In this document: piece by piece, positions 1-12,196 of the stretch
Position numbering within the stretch: the stretch's first letter is position 1
How the letters are laid out: every line of letters begins with the position of its first letter
Assembly (NCBI GenBank): GCA_001600695.1
Contig: BCKQ01000006.1
Location: forward strand, 1,050,483-1,114,482
Direction: 5' to 3'
Length of the DNA: 64,000 nt
DNA from: Ascoidea asiatica JCM 7603
Lineage: Eukaryota > Fungi > Ascomycota
The notes under the pieces: model-generated
Seen by the model: only the letters and a program-made list of their open reading frames with translations
Database searches by the model: none
Told to the model about the DNA's origin: nothing
Program-made: the position numbers and the translations under genes

Positions 1-2162
1 AAATCATTATTAAATGAAATGAATGAGTTAGCTACAAAATTCCAAAACTTGGAGAAAGATAGTCTATTGTTACAGACGGAACGGGAAAAACTAGACATAA
101 AAAATCAAAGCTTAGAGTCTTCATATGCTAAGGTGCTTAAACAAAACGATGCTCTTCGTGCTGAGAATTCTTCGATTCAAGAGTCAAATGTTCAATGCTT
201 ACCGGCCACGACTGGCAAGGTAATTCCAAAAACTATTGTAGTTGACGATAAAGTTTCTTCTCCACACGAAGAAAGAGTTGAAAATAATTCTTTCTTTAAT
301 TCCAAATTTGCCATTTTAAACAATGAAAATGCTTCTTTAATCAGAACTAATAAAGAGATGAAACTCAAGGTAGTAGATCTATCTGACAGATTAGAAAATT
401 TTAGTTCCCGGATAAAAGCCTTAGAATCTGATAAAGTGGAATTGAACACAAGGCTTAAGTCTCTTCTGGAAGAGAATTCTAAGATGTTTATATTGTCTTC
501 TGAAAATACTTCGCTTAGTAAACTTAATAAGGAAAATGATTCCCAGATTCATGAGCTATCTAAAGAACTAAACTTACTCAAAACAGAGAAAAATACTCTA
601 TTAACGGAATTAAAAGAAGGCAAAGTTCAGGCTGAAAATAAAGATTTAAGGGATTCCAATCAAAGCATTTCAGCAGATTTGCAAAAACTTAAAAATGATT
701 ATAGTAATGTTCAGCTTGATAATGATTCTTTGAAGAAATTGAATTGTGATGCTTTAAGGAAGGCAAAGGAAATAGAGACCAAGAATTTCTCTTTATCTGC
801 TGAGTTTGAGAAACTTAAAAAGGTGAATAATTCTTTGAATGAAACATACACCAAAGTGAAACATGAGATTGAACTGTTGACTAATATAAATAATTCAATA
901 AAGCAGGAGAATTTATCTTTATTGGAAGAAAATAAACAAATATCTTCCATATTAAAGGAAATAAGAGCGCAAAATACATCGTTAATAAAAGAAAACAATG
1001 AAATGAAGTTAGAAATTATAGAGGCTAAAGATCAAAAGAGTGTTACACTAGAGGAGGTATCTTCAATCAAATCGAAACACTATCTCTTGTTGAAATCCAA
1101 GAACGATATTTCAGCAGAAAACTTATTATTGAAGAAAACAATAAATACGCTCAAAATGGAAACTCAATCTTTAACAGGATTGAGTTTGGCTGCTAATAAT
1201 AAAGCAAAACTGATACTGCAATCAAATGAGGAAATGAAAGAGAAAATAGATTCTTTATCTAATTCAAACAATCGGATCTTATTAGAAGTTGAAATATTAA
1301 AGAAGGAAAATACTGAAGTGAAAGCCGAAAATCATTTATTAACTGAGGTTAGCAATGAAACAAAATCGAAATTGATTGAAATAGAGAAAGAAAAAACAGT
1401 AATGGATATTAAGATTAATGAAATAAACGTGAAAAATACTTCATTATTAAACTCAATTAACTCAGAAAAACTTAGAAGTGAGTCATTGATTAATAGTAAT
1501 AGTGAAATTTCTGCAATTGTAAAAGATCTCAAGAGTGAGAATATTATACTAGCACAGGAAAAGAAAGATCTTAAGCAGGAAAATCATACTTTTGCTCAAA
1601 ATAACAAAGCTTTAATGACTAAAATAAAAGAAATCGAGACAGAAAATGCTTCCATATTGGCTAAGAAGAATGATATTCAACTATTAGTATTTGAGCTTCA
1701 GGAAAGTATATCTTCTATGTCAAGATCTAATGATAAGATCAAAATTGAAAACGATTCATTGAAGGAAAAGAATCATGAAATGTCCTCACAGATTATCAAA
1801 CTTCAGGAAAGCAGTGCCTTGTTAATCGAAGAAAACGAAGAACTTTTGGTGAAGTTGTCTGAATATAAATCTCAAAATGCCTTATTAGTACAAGAACAAA
1901 TTAGTAAAGTCTCGGAAATTCAAAAATTGACTAATGAGAACACAAAATTATGTGAGGGAAAAACTAAAGACACTTCTGAGCTCTTAGAAATTGGTAAGAA
2001 ATTTTCAACATTATCCATTGTAAAAGAGAAGCTTTCAAGTCATAATAACGAGATAGAAATGCAGAATAAATCATTATTAAATGAAATGAATGAGTTAGCT
2101 ACAAAATTCCAAAACTTGGAGAAAGATAGTCTATTGTTACAGACGGAACGGGAAAAACTAGA
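1..2162 (+). repeat. Intragenic direct repeat in NUM1 with a 2067-bp (689-codon) period
   Basis: Bases 1-95 are identical to 2068-2162; diverged protein similarity continues beyond (KLDIKNQSLESSYAKV vs KLDLKHQNLETSYIRV). Confidence 0.9.
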
Positions 2163-4026
2163 TTTAAAACATCAGAATTTAGAGACCTCATATATTCGGG
2201 TAATCAAAGAAAATGAGGATCTCAAGGATAAAAACACTTTACTGCTAGAACCAAATAATAAATCTGCTAACATAAATAGTACTCAGGTATTGTCAAAGTC
2301 TATTTCCATCAAAGAAGGCAGTGATCGGGAAGTCCCTTCACAGAATGTTGATATTTCTAAAGACTTATTAACTGGTGATTCTTTCTATTCTATGGATAAA
2401 GATTATGAGATGGGTTTGAAAATTAAAAATTTGGAGGATAAATATGATGCTTCAATAAAGCAAATAAATGAACTAAAAAAATATAAGAATTCAGTGATTG
2501 AAAAAGTTCGTGAAATCGAGTCCCACAATGTTTCATTATTGAAAGAAAATAAAAAAATTAAGTCACGAATTGAGGAGGTTACTGCATTAAATGAAAAAAA
2601 CAAAAATGTAGCCGCTGATTCAATTCAAAAATTAGCTGAAATGGAATCTACAAGCCAAACAATTGATAAATTATCCAAAAAAGATGCTAAAGATGATATT
2701 ACAAAGGAATTTATAATAAACAATGCTCAAAAATTCAATTTAATTTGTGTTCCAATGAAATTTTTTATCGCAACCACAATTTCTAGATCTCCAGATCCTA
2801 ATAATGTTGTAGTAGTGCCAACAACTTATTATAACAAACTTTCTAGATACGAAGCATTGAATATAGAAAAAGTTCCTCTTGAAGAGTTTAGAAGTCATGC
2901 CAAAAACCGTGGATTTGTGTTAACTCCTATAGTTGATTTGTCTGATATTGGGTCTCAAAACAAAGATGGAGCCAAAAAATTGTTAAAAATCAATTCATCA
3001 GTACCTCCCGGTGTTAATATCTCAAAGCCTTTAAAATCATCCCTTAGGTCACCAAGTGTTGATCAAAGAAATGCATTGGAATTCAAATCTAGAACAGCGC
3101 CTACAACACCAATTCAACATTCAAAAATGGGTAAAGAATTGAATAGTATCTCTCCTCCTCATAATATACATCACGAATCTCATCTTGGACCAGATGAGGG
3201 TCATTCTCTTATTTCATCGATGCAAGATGGACTCGATTTTACGTTTATTAAACCGCCAATTCCTTCCAATACGTTAACTCATATGAATTCGAACAATAAA
3301 TCCATTATTGACGATAATGCATCTATCCTACAGCAATCATCACAAAGTATTGTTGAATCAAAAATGAGTGAAAACATGAGCACAGTAGCAGAAGGCATAT
3401 CTATCAGTAGTGATATTTCGTTAAATGAACCGAATATTATAGGAGCTATAACTCAAACAGTAATTGGTGAATTTCTTTATAAATATTACAGAAGATTAGG
3501 GCCTTTGTCTGTTATATCTGAAAATCGTCACGAACGTTATTTCTGGATTCATCCATATACTTTAACTTTATATTGGTCAGAAAATAATCCTGTATTTGGA
3601 GATCCTGCCACAAATAAAACCCGTGCATTTGCTATAGTTGCAGTTGAAAGTGTAGAGGATAATAATCCACTTCCACCTGGGCTATACCATAAAAGCATTG
3701 TTGTTTATTCGCAAAATAAGCAAATTAAGATAACATGCCCATCAAAATTAAGACATAATATATGGTATAATTCTTTAAGATATTTGATTGAAAAAGGATC
3801 AGTTCCTCCAGGTATTCAGGCAAATCAGGATAATTTGTTAAGGCCTAATTCTCTGCCCTTGAAAACACATAAACAACTAAGTCAATGTCCTCATTCAAAT
3901 CTGATTGGGTATAATCTGGATGGTGAAGAATTAACCAAACGTGGTAAAAGGGGTACTTCTCACACTGCTAAAGGAACAAAAATGCCTAAAAGTTCCAGTT
4001 TTAATAGGTTATCAACTTTTAGATAG
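1..4026 (+). CDS. NUM1: Cortical dynein/mitochondria anchor Num1-like protein, 5'-truncated by the window (long coiled coil, C-terminal PH domain)
   Basis: Frame is open from base 1. Long E/K/N/L heptad coiled coil, then SLNEPNIIGAITQTVIGEFLYKYYRR...RHERYFWIHPYTLTLYWS...VEDNNPLPPGLYHKSIVV...RHNIWYNSLRYL, the Num1/ApsA/Mcp5-type PH domain. Confidence 0.9.
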   Translation, partial: KSLLNEMNELATKFQNLEKDSLLLQTEREKLDIKNQSLESSYAKVLKQNDALRAENSSIQESNVQCLPATTGKVIPKTIVVDDKVSSPHEERVENNSFFNSKFAILNNENASLIRTNKEMKLKVVDLSDRLENFSSRIKALESDKVELNTRLKSLLEENSKMFILSSENTSLSKLNKENDSQIHELSKELNLLKTEKNTLLTELKEGKVQAENKDLRDSNQSISADLQKLKNDYSNVQLDNDSLKKLNCDALRKAKEIETKNFSLSAEFEKLKKVNNSLNETYTKVKHEIELLTNINNSIKQENLSLLEENKQISSILKEIRAQNTSLIKENNEMKLEIIEAKDQKSVTLEEVSSIKSKHYLLLKSKNDISAENLLLKKTINTLKMETQSLTGLSLAANNKAKLILQSNEEMKEKIDSLSNSNNRILLEVEILKKENTEVKAENHLLTEVSNETKSKLIEIEKEKTVMDIKINEINVKNTSLLNSINSEKLRSESLINSNSEISAIVKDLKSENIILAQEKKDLKQENHTFAQNNKALMTKIKEIETENASILAKKNDIQLLVFELQESISSMSRSNDKIKIENDSLKEKNHEMSSQIIKLQESSALLIEENEELLVKLSEYKSQNALLVQEQISKVSEIQKLTNENTKLCEGKTKDTSELLEIGKKFSTLSIVKEKLSSHNNEIEMQNKSLLNEMNELATKFQNLEKDSLLLQTEREKLDLKHQNLETSYIRVIKENEDLKDKNTLLLEPNNKSANINSTQVLSKSISIKEGSDREVPSQNVDISKDLLTGDSFYSMDKDYEMGLKIKNLEDKYDASIKQINELKKYKNSVIEKVREIESHNVSLLKENKKIKSRIEEVTALNEKNKNVAADSIQKLAEMESTSQTIDKLSKKDAKDDITKEFIINNAQKFNLICVPMKFFIATTISRSPDPNNVVVVPTTYYNKLSRYEALNIEKVPLEEFRSHAKNRGFVLTPIVDLSDIGSQNKDGAKKLLKINSSVPPGVNISKPLKSSLRSPSVDQRNALEFKSRTAPTTPIQHSKMGKELNSISPPHNIHHESHLGPDEGHSLISSMQDGLDFTFIKPPIPSNTLTHMNSNNKSIIDDNASILQQSSQSIVESKMSENMSTVAEGISISSDISLNEPNIIGAITQTVIGEFLYKYYRRLGPLSVISENRHERYFWIHPYTLTLYWSENNPVFGDPATNKTRAFAIVAVESVEDNNPLPPGLYHKSIVVYSQNKQIKITCPSKLRHNIWYNSLRYLIEKGSVPPGIQANQDNLLRPNSLPLKTHKQLSQCPHSNLIGYNLDGEELTKRGKRGTSHTAKGTKMPKSSSFNRLSTFR

Positions 4027-4473
4027 ATTTCTAAATTTTTTTTTATTTGTTTACTTTATTTCTTTATTTTATTATTCATTTTACAATTTTATGTCAATAT
4101 TTAAAATGTTTTTACTATGTTGTAGTCTGGTTTTGAGCTACAGTAAAGAGCATCGAGAAAGAAAATTGGTTAAGAGTGCATTAGCTTTCTTAATTCAATC
4201 GCTCCTGAAGCCATTTCAAATTGATTCAAATATTTTAATTAGCAATGCCCGTGACCATACAGTATTTTAGTAGAGTACGGTAGTAACTGTTACTAAACTT
4301 AACAGTATCAAGTCACTTATTTAGACTTTTACAATAATTATAAGCTTGATAGCATTCATGGCTCTTTTATTGAAAAAAAAAACATATGTATATCTTGGGT
4401 CCATAGATAAGCAATTTTTATGATTATAAAAACTTCTGTTTCTAAGAAATACAGAATCTGAATATGAAACGCA

Positions 4474-6054
4474 ATGGCTCCTTCTCCTGTATTGTATGTC
4501 TTTAGTGATCTTATGAAACTTTTATTTTATCTTTCGATAACTGGAAACTAACCTTTTTTCTATTTTCATTCTTTGAGGTTTTGAATAGTCATAAGCTGAA
4601 TGATAATTTGTATGCTAATGTTTATAAGTACCCTATCAGTGTTAACCTGAATCAATCTCAATTTCCATCGCAAAGTTCAAATTATTCTCAAAATTATAAC
4701 AACAGGTATTCCAAAAATATGAATATAAATCAAAATTATAACAATGGCTTGAATAACTATCTTAATCAAAATGTAAATCAAAGCAAAATTAGTTTGGATT
4801 CAACAACTCCTTTAACTCCTTCATCAGCTTCTTCTTCTAGCAAGGACTTCACAAAGGAGTTAAATAATTCAGCAAGTAATGATGATTTTACAAATTATCC
4901 TTCAAGTGCTAATTCTCAAGAAACAAGTGATAATTTTGTTTTATTTAATTGGTTAAAGAAAATAAATTGCCCACAATATTATAGACTTTTTTGTGAAAAT
5001 GATATTCAAACTTTAGATCTAATTTTGAATTTAGATTATCAATTATTGAAAGAATTGGGAATTGAAAAAGTTGGTGATCTTATAATTTTTGAAAACTCAA
5101 TTGAAGAGTTGAAAAGTAAATCATTAAATGATCAGCTATTAAATAATAATAATAGTTTGTCTTCTAATAATAATATCATTCAAAATTTCATAAATGACTT
5201 TCAAAATAATACTCTCATTTCCTATAATAAAAATGTTAATGCAAAAAAAATAATCAAAACACCAACCTCTGAAACCAGCACAACTCCGACAAAAATAAAA
5301 TCGAATACTCCTTCAAATATATCCAATAAAAATGTTTCTTTCATTTTAGAAGACGGTTCTATTAAGACAATATCTGTGGATGGTTGCTATAACACTGACA
5401 CTATAATAAAAAGATTGTTGAAGTCTTTGAATATAAAAGACTCAACAGATAACTACAGATGCTATTATACAACAACTTCTACTTCTCCTGAGATTCATCA
5501 AATTCATGGAATTGAGTTGATGACAATTTGTCATTCCCAAACCAGGGAGGAAAAGCACAGATTAATTGTAATAAATGTTAAAAAACAGAAGACTCCAAAT
5601 AACTTACAAATTCTGAAATCAAACAATTTAAGATTCAGAACTACTTCAAATTTTGTTAATTCCAACTTTCTGAAGCAATTACCTCCTAATCCTACAATTA
5701 AAACTTTGTATGGCCAGAGGCCTCCAAGTGAATTAATATCGACAAATTTGGCAGAATATTTTCCTAATACCAATAAAAAGGATCTTAAAGAAATTATTAG
5801 AAATTCTGTAAGATTATCTAAAGCGTATTCTAGATTATCCATGTTTAGCGTGAATGATTTATCATCATTTAATTTTTCTTCCAATATCAGAAATTCAATC
5901 CGAGACTCTATAATTAGCTCATCTTCATCCAATTCTAGTTCAACAATTACAAACTTAACACTAAGAAATTCCATTGGTGACTTTTATTTGAAGTCAAACG
6001 CTAATAATAATTTTAGTGATGGCTCTCTCAATAATTTTACTAATAATATGAACG

Positions 6055-6100
<46 letters not shown>

Positions 6101-7235
6101 CACATTAACTAAGAAATCTAGTCTATCAGTTTATGGAAATGGATTTCTCAAACCCCTATCAACCCCTCTGGTACAATTCAGCCCTTCAATCAGATCACCA
6201 TTAAGCAATCGTCGTTTATCCATAATGACTTCAAATTTTGCTGAAAATGATGAAGATGGTTATAAAGAAGATATTGAATCTATAGATTTGGATTCATCTG
6301 AAGATTATTTTGACTCGACGTCCAATGTGGATGATTCAACGACAATTTTAGAAGATCTTTCTATCATAGAAGCTGCGAATAACAAATTGACTGGACCAAG
6401 TAAGTGGTCAAAGGGTTCTAAAATTGGATCAGGTAGTTTTGGATCTGTTTATCTTGGACTAGATTCCTTGACAGGAAAACTTATGGCAGTTAAACAAGTA
6501 GACCTTGTACCTATTGGGGAAGATTCGCATAAAAAAACCATGATTGATGCATTGCAACATGAGATGGGATTATTGAAAGAATTAAAGCATGAAAAAATTG
6601 TCCAATATCTTGGTTCATCTCAAGATTCCCAATTTGTTTATATATTTTTAGAATATGTTCCTGGTGGATCTGTTGCCTCGATGTTAAGTAGTTATGGAGC
6701 TTTCCAAGAACCTTTAGCAAGAAAATTTACTAGGGAGGTCTTATCAGGTTTAGAATACCTTCATTCTCAACATATCATTCATAGAGATATCAAAGGTGGT
6801 AATATTTTAATAGATCATAATGGATCTGTTAAAATCACGGATTTTGGGATTTCAAAAAAATATTTTCCATCAAAAGAGGATCCAATTTCCAATAAGCTGA
6901 ATGCCACAAAAAGAACGTCAATGCAAGGATCTGTTTATTGGATGGCACCAGAAATTGTAAATCAAACTGCGTCAACTGATCGAACAGATATTTGGTCAGT
7001 AGGATGCTTAGTTATAGAAATGCTAACGGGAATACATCCTTTTGCAAAACTAAATACTATGCAAGCAATATTTAGAATAGGTGGTAAAAATTCACCTGAA
7101 ATTCCTAAAAATGTTACTAATGACTGTAAAGATTTTCTAACTAAAACTTTTGTGATTGATTATAATAAGAGAGCTTCTTCTACTGAACTCTTGACGCATC
7201 CATTTATGAACACTTTGATTCTATCCAAACAATAA
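4474..7235 (+). CDS. STE11: MAP kinase kinase kinase Ste11 (SAM, Ras-association and kinase domains); probable short first exon 4474-4493 plus an intron
   Basis: SAM-like WLKKINCPQYYRLFCENDI, GQRPPSELISTNLAEYFP, kinase motifs GSGSFGSV, HRDIKGGN, DFG, SMQGSVYWMAPE. The track ORF starts at TTG. ATG 4474 + GTATGT donor 4494 splices in frame to TAG 4588 or CAG 4639. Confidence 0.93.
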
Positions 7236-7725
7236 ATATTTTTTACTCAATTCTCAGTTTAGATGATAATAATCCGTCTTTGAAAAAGTTGTTGTTATAT
7301 TATCGATATTCTGGATAATTTCCAGATGAGAGTCGAAAATATTTGAAAAATTGTTCTCAGGAACTGTATTTATTATGACAAAGTTAACCAATAAATAGTA
7401 GACGGTTTTTCTGAAGCTATTGGTAACTTGGTATGAAAATTAGTTGAAATTCAATAGAAGCCAGATTTAGGGTTTTCTTTAAAAAAAAAAAATCTCATTT
7501 GAGAGCACGTGAGTAACGTAATATTTTCAACAATAATATTTTTTTTAATTGAATGCGCACTGTAATTCAAAAAAAGAGTTCTTTGGAAATTGTAAAATTG
7601 AAAAAGAAGATAGAGGTGATAAAATCATACTATAAGATAAGATTATTCAATAGTGAAAAAGTTATTTTTTGTTAGTTTTTTTAACTTGAATATCTAAAGA
7701 TTCATGATAATAATTGTAATCAAAA

Positions 7726-8850
7726 ATGACTAGCTTAATTCAAGTTTCAGGAAAGAGATTTTTTTCAAAATCAACTCGAGCTTTAAACTCAAAAGTTGAA
7801 AATATGCCTGAAATTAAAAATGGCATTTGGTTCAATTTTGAAAAAAGATCTAAGGATTTATCTATAAAAAATCAAGAATATCAACATGAAATTTTATTCG
7901 GAATTGATCCAAAGAAGGGTCCATTATCACTCAAAAGAAAATATAATAAATTACAATATAGATCTCCAATTGGATTAGATAAAGTATTTCCTTTAGCTTA
8001 TAATATTTTACAATCTGATAGTGAAAAAATTTATAAAAAGTTATCAAAAGTAGCAAAAGGTCCTCATCAAGAAAAACTTTTAATTGAAGCGGAGAAATAT
8101 AATCCAGAAGTTAAATATAAAGCAAGATACTCAAATCCTGATAAATTAAATTTGATTTTATCGGTTTATAGAGATTATTTAAAAAAAAAATGGGAATCAT
8201 ATTCAAAACAATTAATTATGCAAAGATTGGAAACATTACATGTTATACCTGATACACTACCAACATTAGATCCTAAATGTGAAGTTAAAATTAAATTTAT
8301 AAGTACTGGAATTAATAATTGGATTGAGCCTGGTAAAATTATTTCTTCAAATGTAACAGTAAAGCAGCCATTAATTAAAATTCAAGAATTTAATAAAATT
8401 GAACCAAATTCTTTGTATACTGTATTAATTGTTAATCCAGATATTCCAGATTTGGAAACAAATTCTTTTAAAACTTCATTAAATTGGGGATTAGTTAATG
8501 TTTCAATTTCAAATGATAATTCAAATAATATAGTAGATTTCAAAAAAATTGATGAGTGTAGCAACGAATTTATCAATTACTTGCCTGCAACTCCAGAAAA
8601 AAACACACCTGTTAATAGATTATGTGTCTGGGTTTTTAGACAAAAAAACAACAAATTTCTTAACTCACAAGAACTTAAAGATAAATTTAATGATCGAAAT
8701 GATTTTGACATTAGAGAATTTGCTAAATCTAATGATCTAAAAGCTGTAGGAGCTCATGTTTATAGATCTACTTGGGATCAGAATGTTGAAAATGTTAGAA
8801 CACTTTATGGATTACCAGCAGGGAGAATTTTCCATAGGGTTCGTCGTTAA
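7726..8850 (+). CDS. MRPL35: Mitochondrial large-subunit ribosomal protein mL38 (PEBP fold)
   Basis: Basic N-terminal presequence; LIMQRLETLHVIPDTLPTLDP and YTVLIVNPDIPDLETNSFKT motifs; C-terminal GRIFHRVRR. Confidence 0.9.
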   Translation: MTSLIQVSGKRFFSKSTRALNSKVENMPEIKNGIWFNFEKRSKDLSIKNQEYQHEILFGIDPKKGPLSLKRKYNKLQYRSPIGLDKVFPLAYNILQSDSEKIYKKLSKVAKGPHQEKLLIEAEKYNPEVKYKARYSNPDKLNLILSVYRDYLKKKWESYSKQLIMQRLETLHVIPDTLPTLDPKCEVKIKFISTGINNWIEPGKIISSNVTVKQPLIKIQEFNKIEPNSLYTVLIVNPDIPDLETNSFKTSLNWGLVNVSISNDNSNNIVDFKKIDECSNEFINYLPATPEKNTPVNRLCVWVFRQKNNKFLNSQELKDKFNDRNDFDIREFAKSNDLKAVGAHVYRSTWDQNVENVRTLYGLPAGRIFHRVRR

Positions 8851-9704
8851 TCAATAGTTTGGTGCCTAAATTATTCATAGAACTATTTAAATGACTTGTA
8901 TATAACCACTCATATCTAATTATATATAACGATATACGAATAAAATTGCTCAGTAACTTACAATCAATTGGACGCAATTAAGAAATATAAACTGCATTAT
9001 TGACATCCATCTATTTTTGATGATTCTTCGTCCGATTCATGGTCAAAGCAAATATATGAGATTTCTGGGATTTTTTCACGCCACAATTAGCCATTTAAGA
9101 ATGGGGCTGGAAAAGGTTACGAGGCGTACTAAGTGGCTAGTACGTTAAAGAGGGGTTGACTATTCTTTTTCTATTTTTCTTTTTAATTATCTTCTGCTAA
9201 TTTTGAGTGTCATGCACGACAAGCGCATTGCGTTGATGCTAGCTCTTCACTGTTGACAGTTGCAAAGGGAGCAAACTAAAACTCAAGAAAATCTTTTGAA
9301 GTACTACATAGTACATTGCTGCTCTCCTCAACTGAATTCTTTTTGCATCTTGAACTGATTCTAGATTCAATCAATAGTTTATTTATCAGCATTAAAAATC
9401 AATGAGTGTAAATTTATTTTTGATAGTTCATAAAGATAAGTCAATGATCAAGTTAAAATGAATTACTCTATAAAGTGGTATAAAACAAAAGAGGTTTCTC
9501 ATATTTTTTGTTAATTATCAACTTTTTGAATATATATTTAAGCAACTAAAATTTTTGAATTAGAATCAATCAATCGTGTATCTAATTCTTGTGATTTAAC
9601 TTAACAATCAATCTGTTTTTAATCATTATAGTTCTAGTTTTCAAATATAATCAGTTTTAATCAATTAATTAGCTTTTTTGTAAATTTACTTCAAACTTTT
9701 TTAC

Positions 9705-10010
9705 ATGAGTGGAATATTTGATAGAATGATAGCCTACTGGAATAGTGGCCCAAATCAATACGCTTCTGGAAAAAGATCAAATGCCTATTCTGATAGAGAT
9801 TTGATTTTTGGTCATACTCCTTCAAGAAGATCTAGTATGGCTTCAAGTATAACTTCAATGGATGAAAGTGATAATAATAATGAAGAAATTTCTGATTTGA
9901 AGCAAATGAATAAATCTGATATCAATGATGTCTTTAAAAGAGACTTCAAAAACGTAAAAAATACCAAAGATATGAATGATATGAAAGAGATGAATTTAAA
10001 AAAAAAATGA
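9705..10010 (+). CDS. Small hydrophilic protein of unknown function (101 aa)
   Basis: ATG-initiated ORF with typical codon usage, TATA-like TATAAAA near 9479, AGGGG (STRE) near 9152, RRSS motif; no family recognised. Confidence 0.65.
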   Translation: MSGIFDRMIAYWNSGPNQYASGKRSNAYSDRDLIFGHTPSRRSSMASSITSMDESDNNNEEISDLKQMNKSDINDVFKRDFKNVKNTKDMNDMKEMNLKKK

Positions 10011-10387
10011 TACCAATTCTTTTATACTTATTCTATTTTTTTATCTTATATTACTTTTCAATAACTTTCTAGTAATCAATCTCTTCTACACAATATTATT
10101 TTTATTTTTATTTTCTTTTTTATTTTTTTTTTTTTTAAATTAATTGAATCAATTTACTTTATCGTATCATATATATATACATTTATAACTTCAATAAAAA
10201 ATAATTAAAACTTTTGAATAAATTCACAAATATGATTTTTTTCATTTTGAAAAAAATATCTTTGAATTAATGATAGTTAAGATTATTCACTCTTAACAAT
10301 ATTTTTATCCTTTATTTATCTATCTATAAAAATAAAATTATTTTTAATTTCGTTTTTTATAATTCTCAATTCTCTATTTTGAAAATT

Positions 10388-11699
10388 TTATTTTTTTGGA
10401 GGATTGAATGTAATTTTTCTATTTTTCAATACAGTCCATTTAAATTTCTTTACCCAAACAGACATTAAATATAAGGATGATAAAACAATAATTGCTTTTA
10501 AACCAGCTTTTTTACGATCATCATGTTCAGGTTCTGCAGCCCAGTTTAAAAAAGTAGTCACATCTTTGGCCATTTGAGAAGTAGAAGCAGGAGTACCATC
10601 ATCATATTCAACTAAATCATCAAATAAAACTCTACCCATAGCAATTGAACCACCGGGAAAATAAGGATTATAATTGGAACCTTCTGGTAATACAACACCA
10701 GCAGGTGGATCATCAGGATAACCTGTTAATAATGAAAAAATATAATCACAAGCGCCATGTCTTGCTTTTACAATTAAAGATAAATCTGGAGGTAAGGCTC
10801 CTTGATTTGCAGCTCTTGCAGCTTGTTCATTTTCATAAGGACCAGGAATATAATCAGCTAATTTTCCAATTCTTTTTCTTGGTTTACCTTCATCATCAGG
10901 CTCATCATCATATTCTAATTCTTCAACCATATTTTTAACTTCTGAATTTGTATGAGATACACCTATTAAAGTTCTCCATGCCACTCTATCTAAAGAATGA
11001 CAAGCAGCACAAACTTCACGATAAACATGAAAACCACGACGGATTGATGCATGATCAAAAGTATCAAACATACCATTATGTGGCCAGTTAAAAGCAGGAG
11101 GGTGTAACCCATGTTCAGAAGCTGTCATTGCTTCTGCAGTATGAGAATCAGCATATAATAAATAAGCAGCGGATAAACCAGTAGCTCCAACAGTTGCTGT
11201 AACTATTTTTTTATAAATTGGAGTACTCTGTTGTTTTGCTGTAGTAGAAAAAGACCTCTAGTTAGGAAAAAAAACCAAAATAAAGAAAAATTGTTTGAAA
11301 GAATGTTAGTATTTATCCAAAAAAAAAAAGTTGAATTGAATTTAATTGATTTCATTTATTTTCCGGAAATGCTTATTTCATATATCTACTGCAATCGCCC
11401 AATAATTTTAAAGATAAATAATTTTGAGTATATTTAAATGAATATTTCTCTGAAGTTAATCCATTTTTTCAGTCTCCGAAATTCTTTAGATTATTTGAAA
11501 AAAAAATTTATTTCTCTTTCTTTTGTGTGGAAACTCATATTTCTTGAAATATAGTGGATATCATTTTGAATGAATTAAAAGTTTTTCTTTTTTAATTAGA
11601 TATTTTTTAAATAATTTTCCAAGTGTTTATTTGAAATATCAAGAATGATTAAAAACTTACAGCATTCAACTTGGCAGCAGCCCTCAAAGTTGGAAACAT
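10388..11699 (-). CDS. CYT1: Cytochrome c1; exons 11699-11661 and 11257-10388, intron 11660-11258 (403 nt); 302 aa
   Basis: Haem motif CAACH, PGGSIAM axial Met, C-terminal TM helix. Exon 1 encodes MFPTLRAAAKLNA; GTAAGT donor, TACTAAC branch point at 11311-11305, TAG acceptor; splicing restores the bipartite presequence in frame. Confidence 0.97.
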
Positions 11700-12118
11700 T
11701 TTGAATATTGAATATTGAATATGTGAATAGGAATATTTAAAATTCTTTTAAGAAAAACTGAAAAAAAAACTACAACATAAAAAGATTAATAGATATTGAA
11801 ATAGATAGAAATAGATATAGAAATATTTCAGTATCAAAAGATCAAAGAATCAGAATTTTACCGTATAATAAACTGGATAATCAGACAGTCCAGTAAGCAG
11901 TACAATAATAATAATAACAATAATGAAAGAAAGTAACTAAGTAAATTAGTAACGTTAAGTAAAGAAGTATTACTGTCCCAGTAGTACAACGGGTAGGCCC
12001 TGGAAAGAGTTATGGGCGGACCGTTCTGGATAGTGGTGCAGTAATAACGAAGCTCACTCGCTAATTAGCACTCTTGCAATGGCACAATTGTCTGAACAAT
12101 CCGCTTTTTGCAGGACGC

Positions 12119-12196
12119 GATTGGTCTGCCCGCGAGCTGGCCTCCTCCACTGCTGGGCACTAGGCTTTACCGCAGGATTTCTTGTCCATCCAATCA
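12119..12196. promoter_or_regulatory. Two CCAAT boxes (putative Hap2/3/4/5 sites) in the GC-richer CYT1 upstream region
   Basis: GATTGG at 12119-12124 and CCAATCA at 12190-12196, 420-500 bp upstream of a respiratory-chain gene. Confidence 0.5.
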
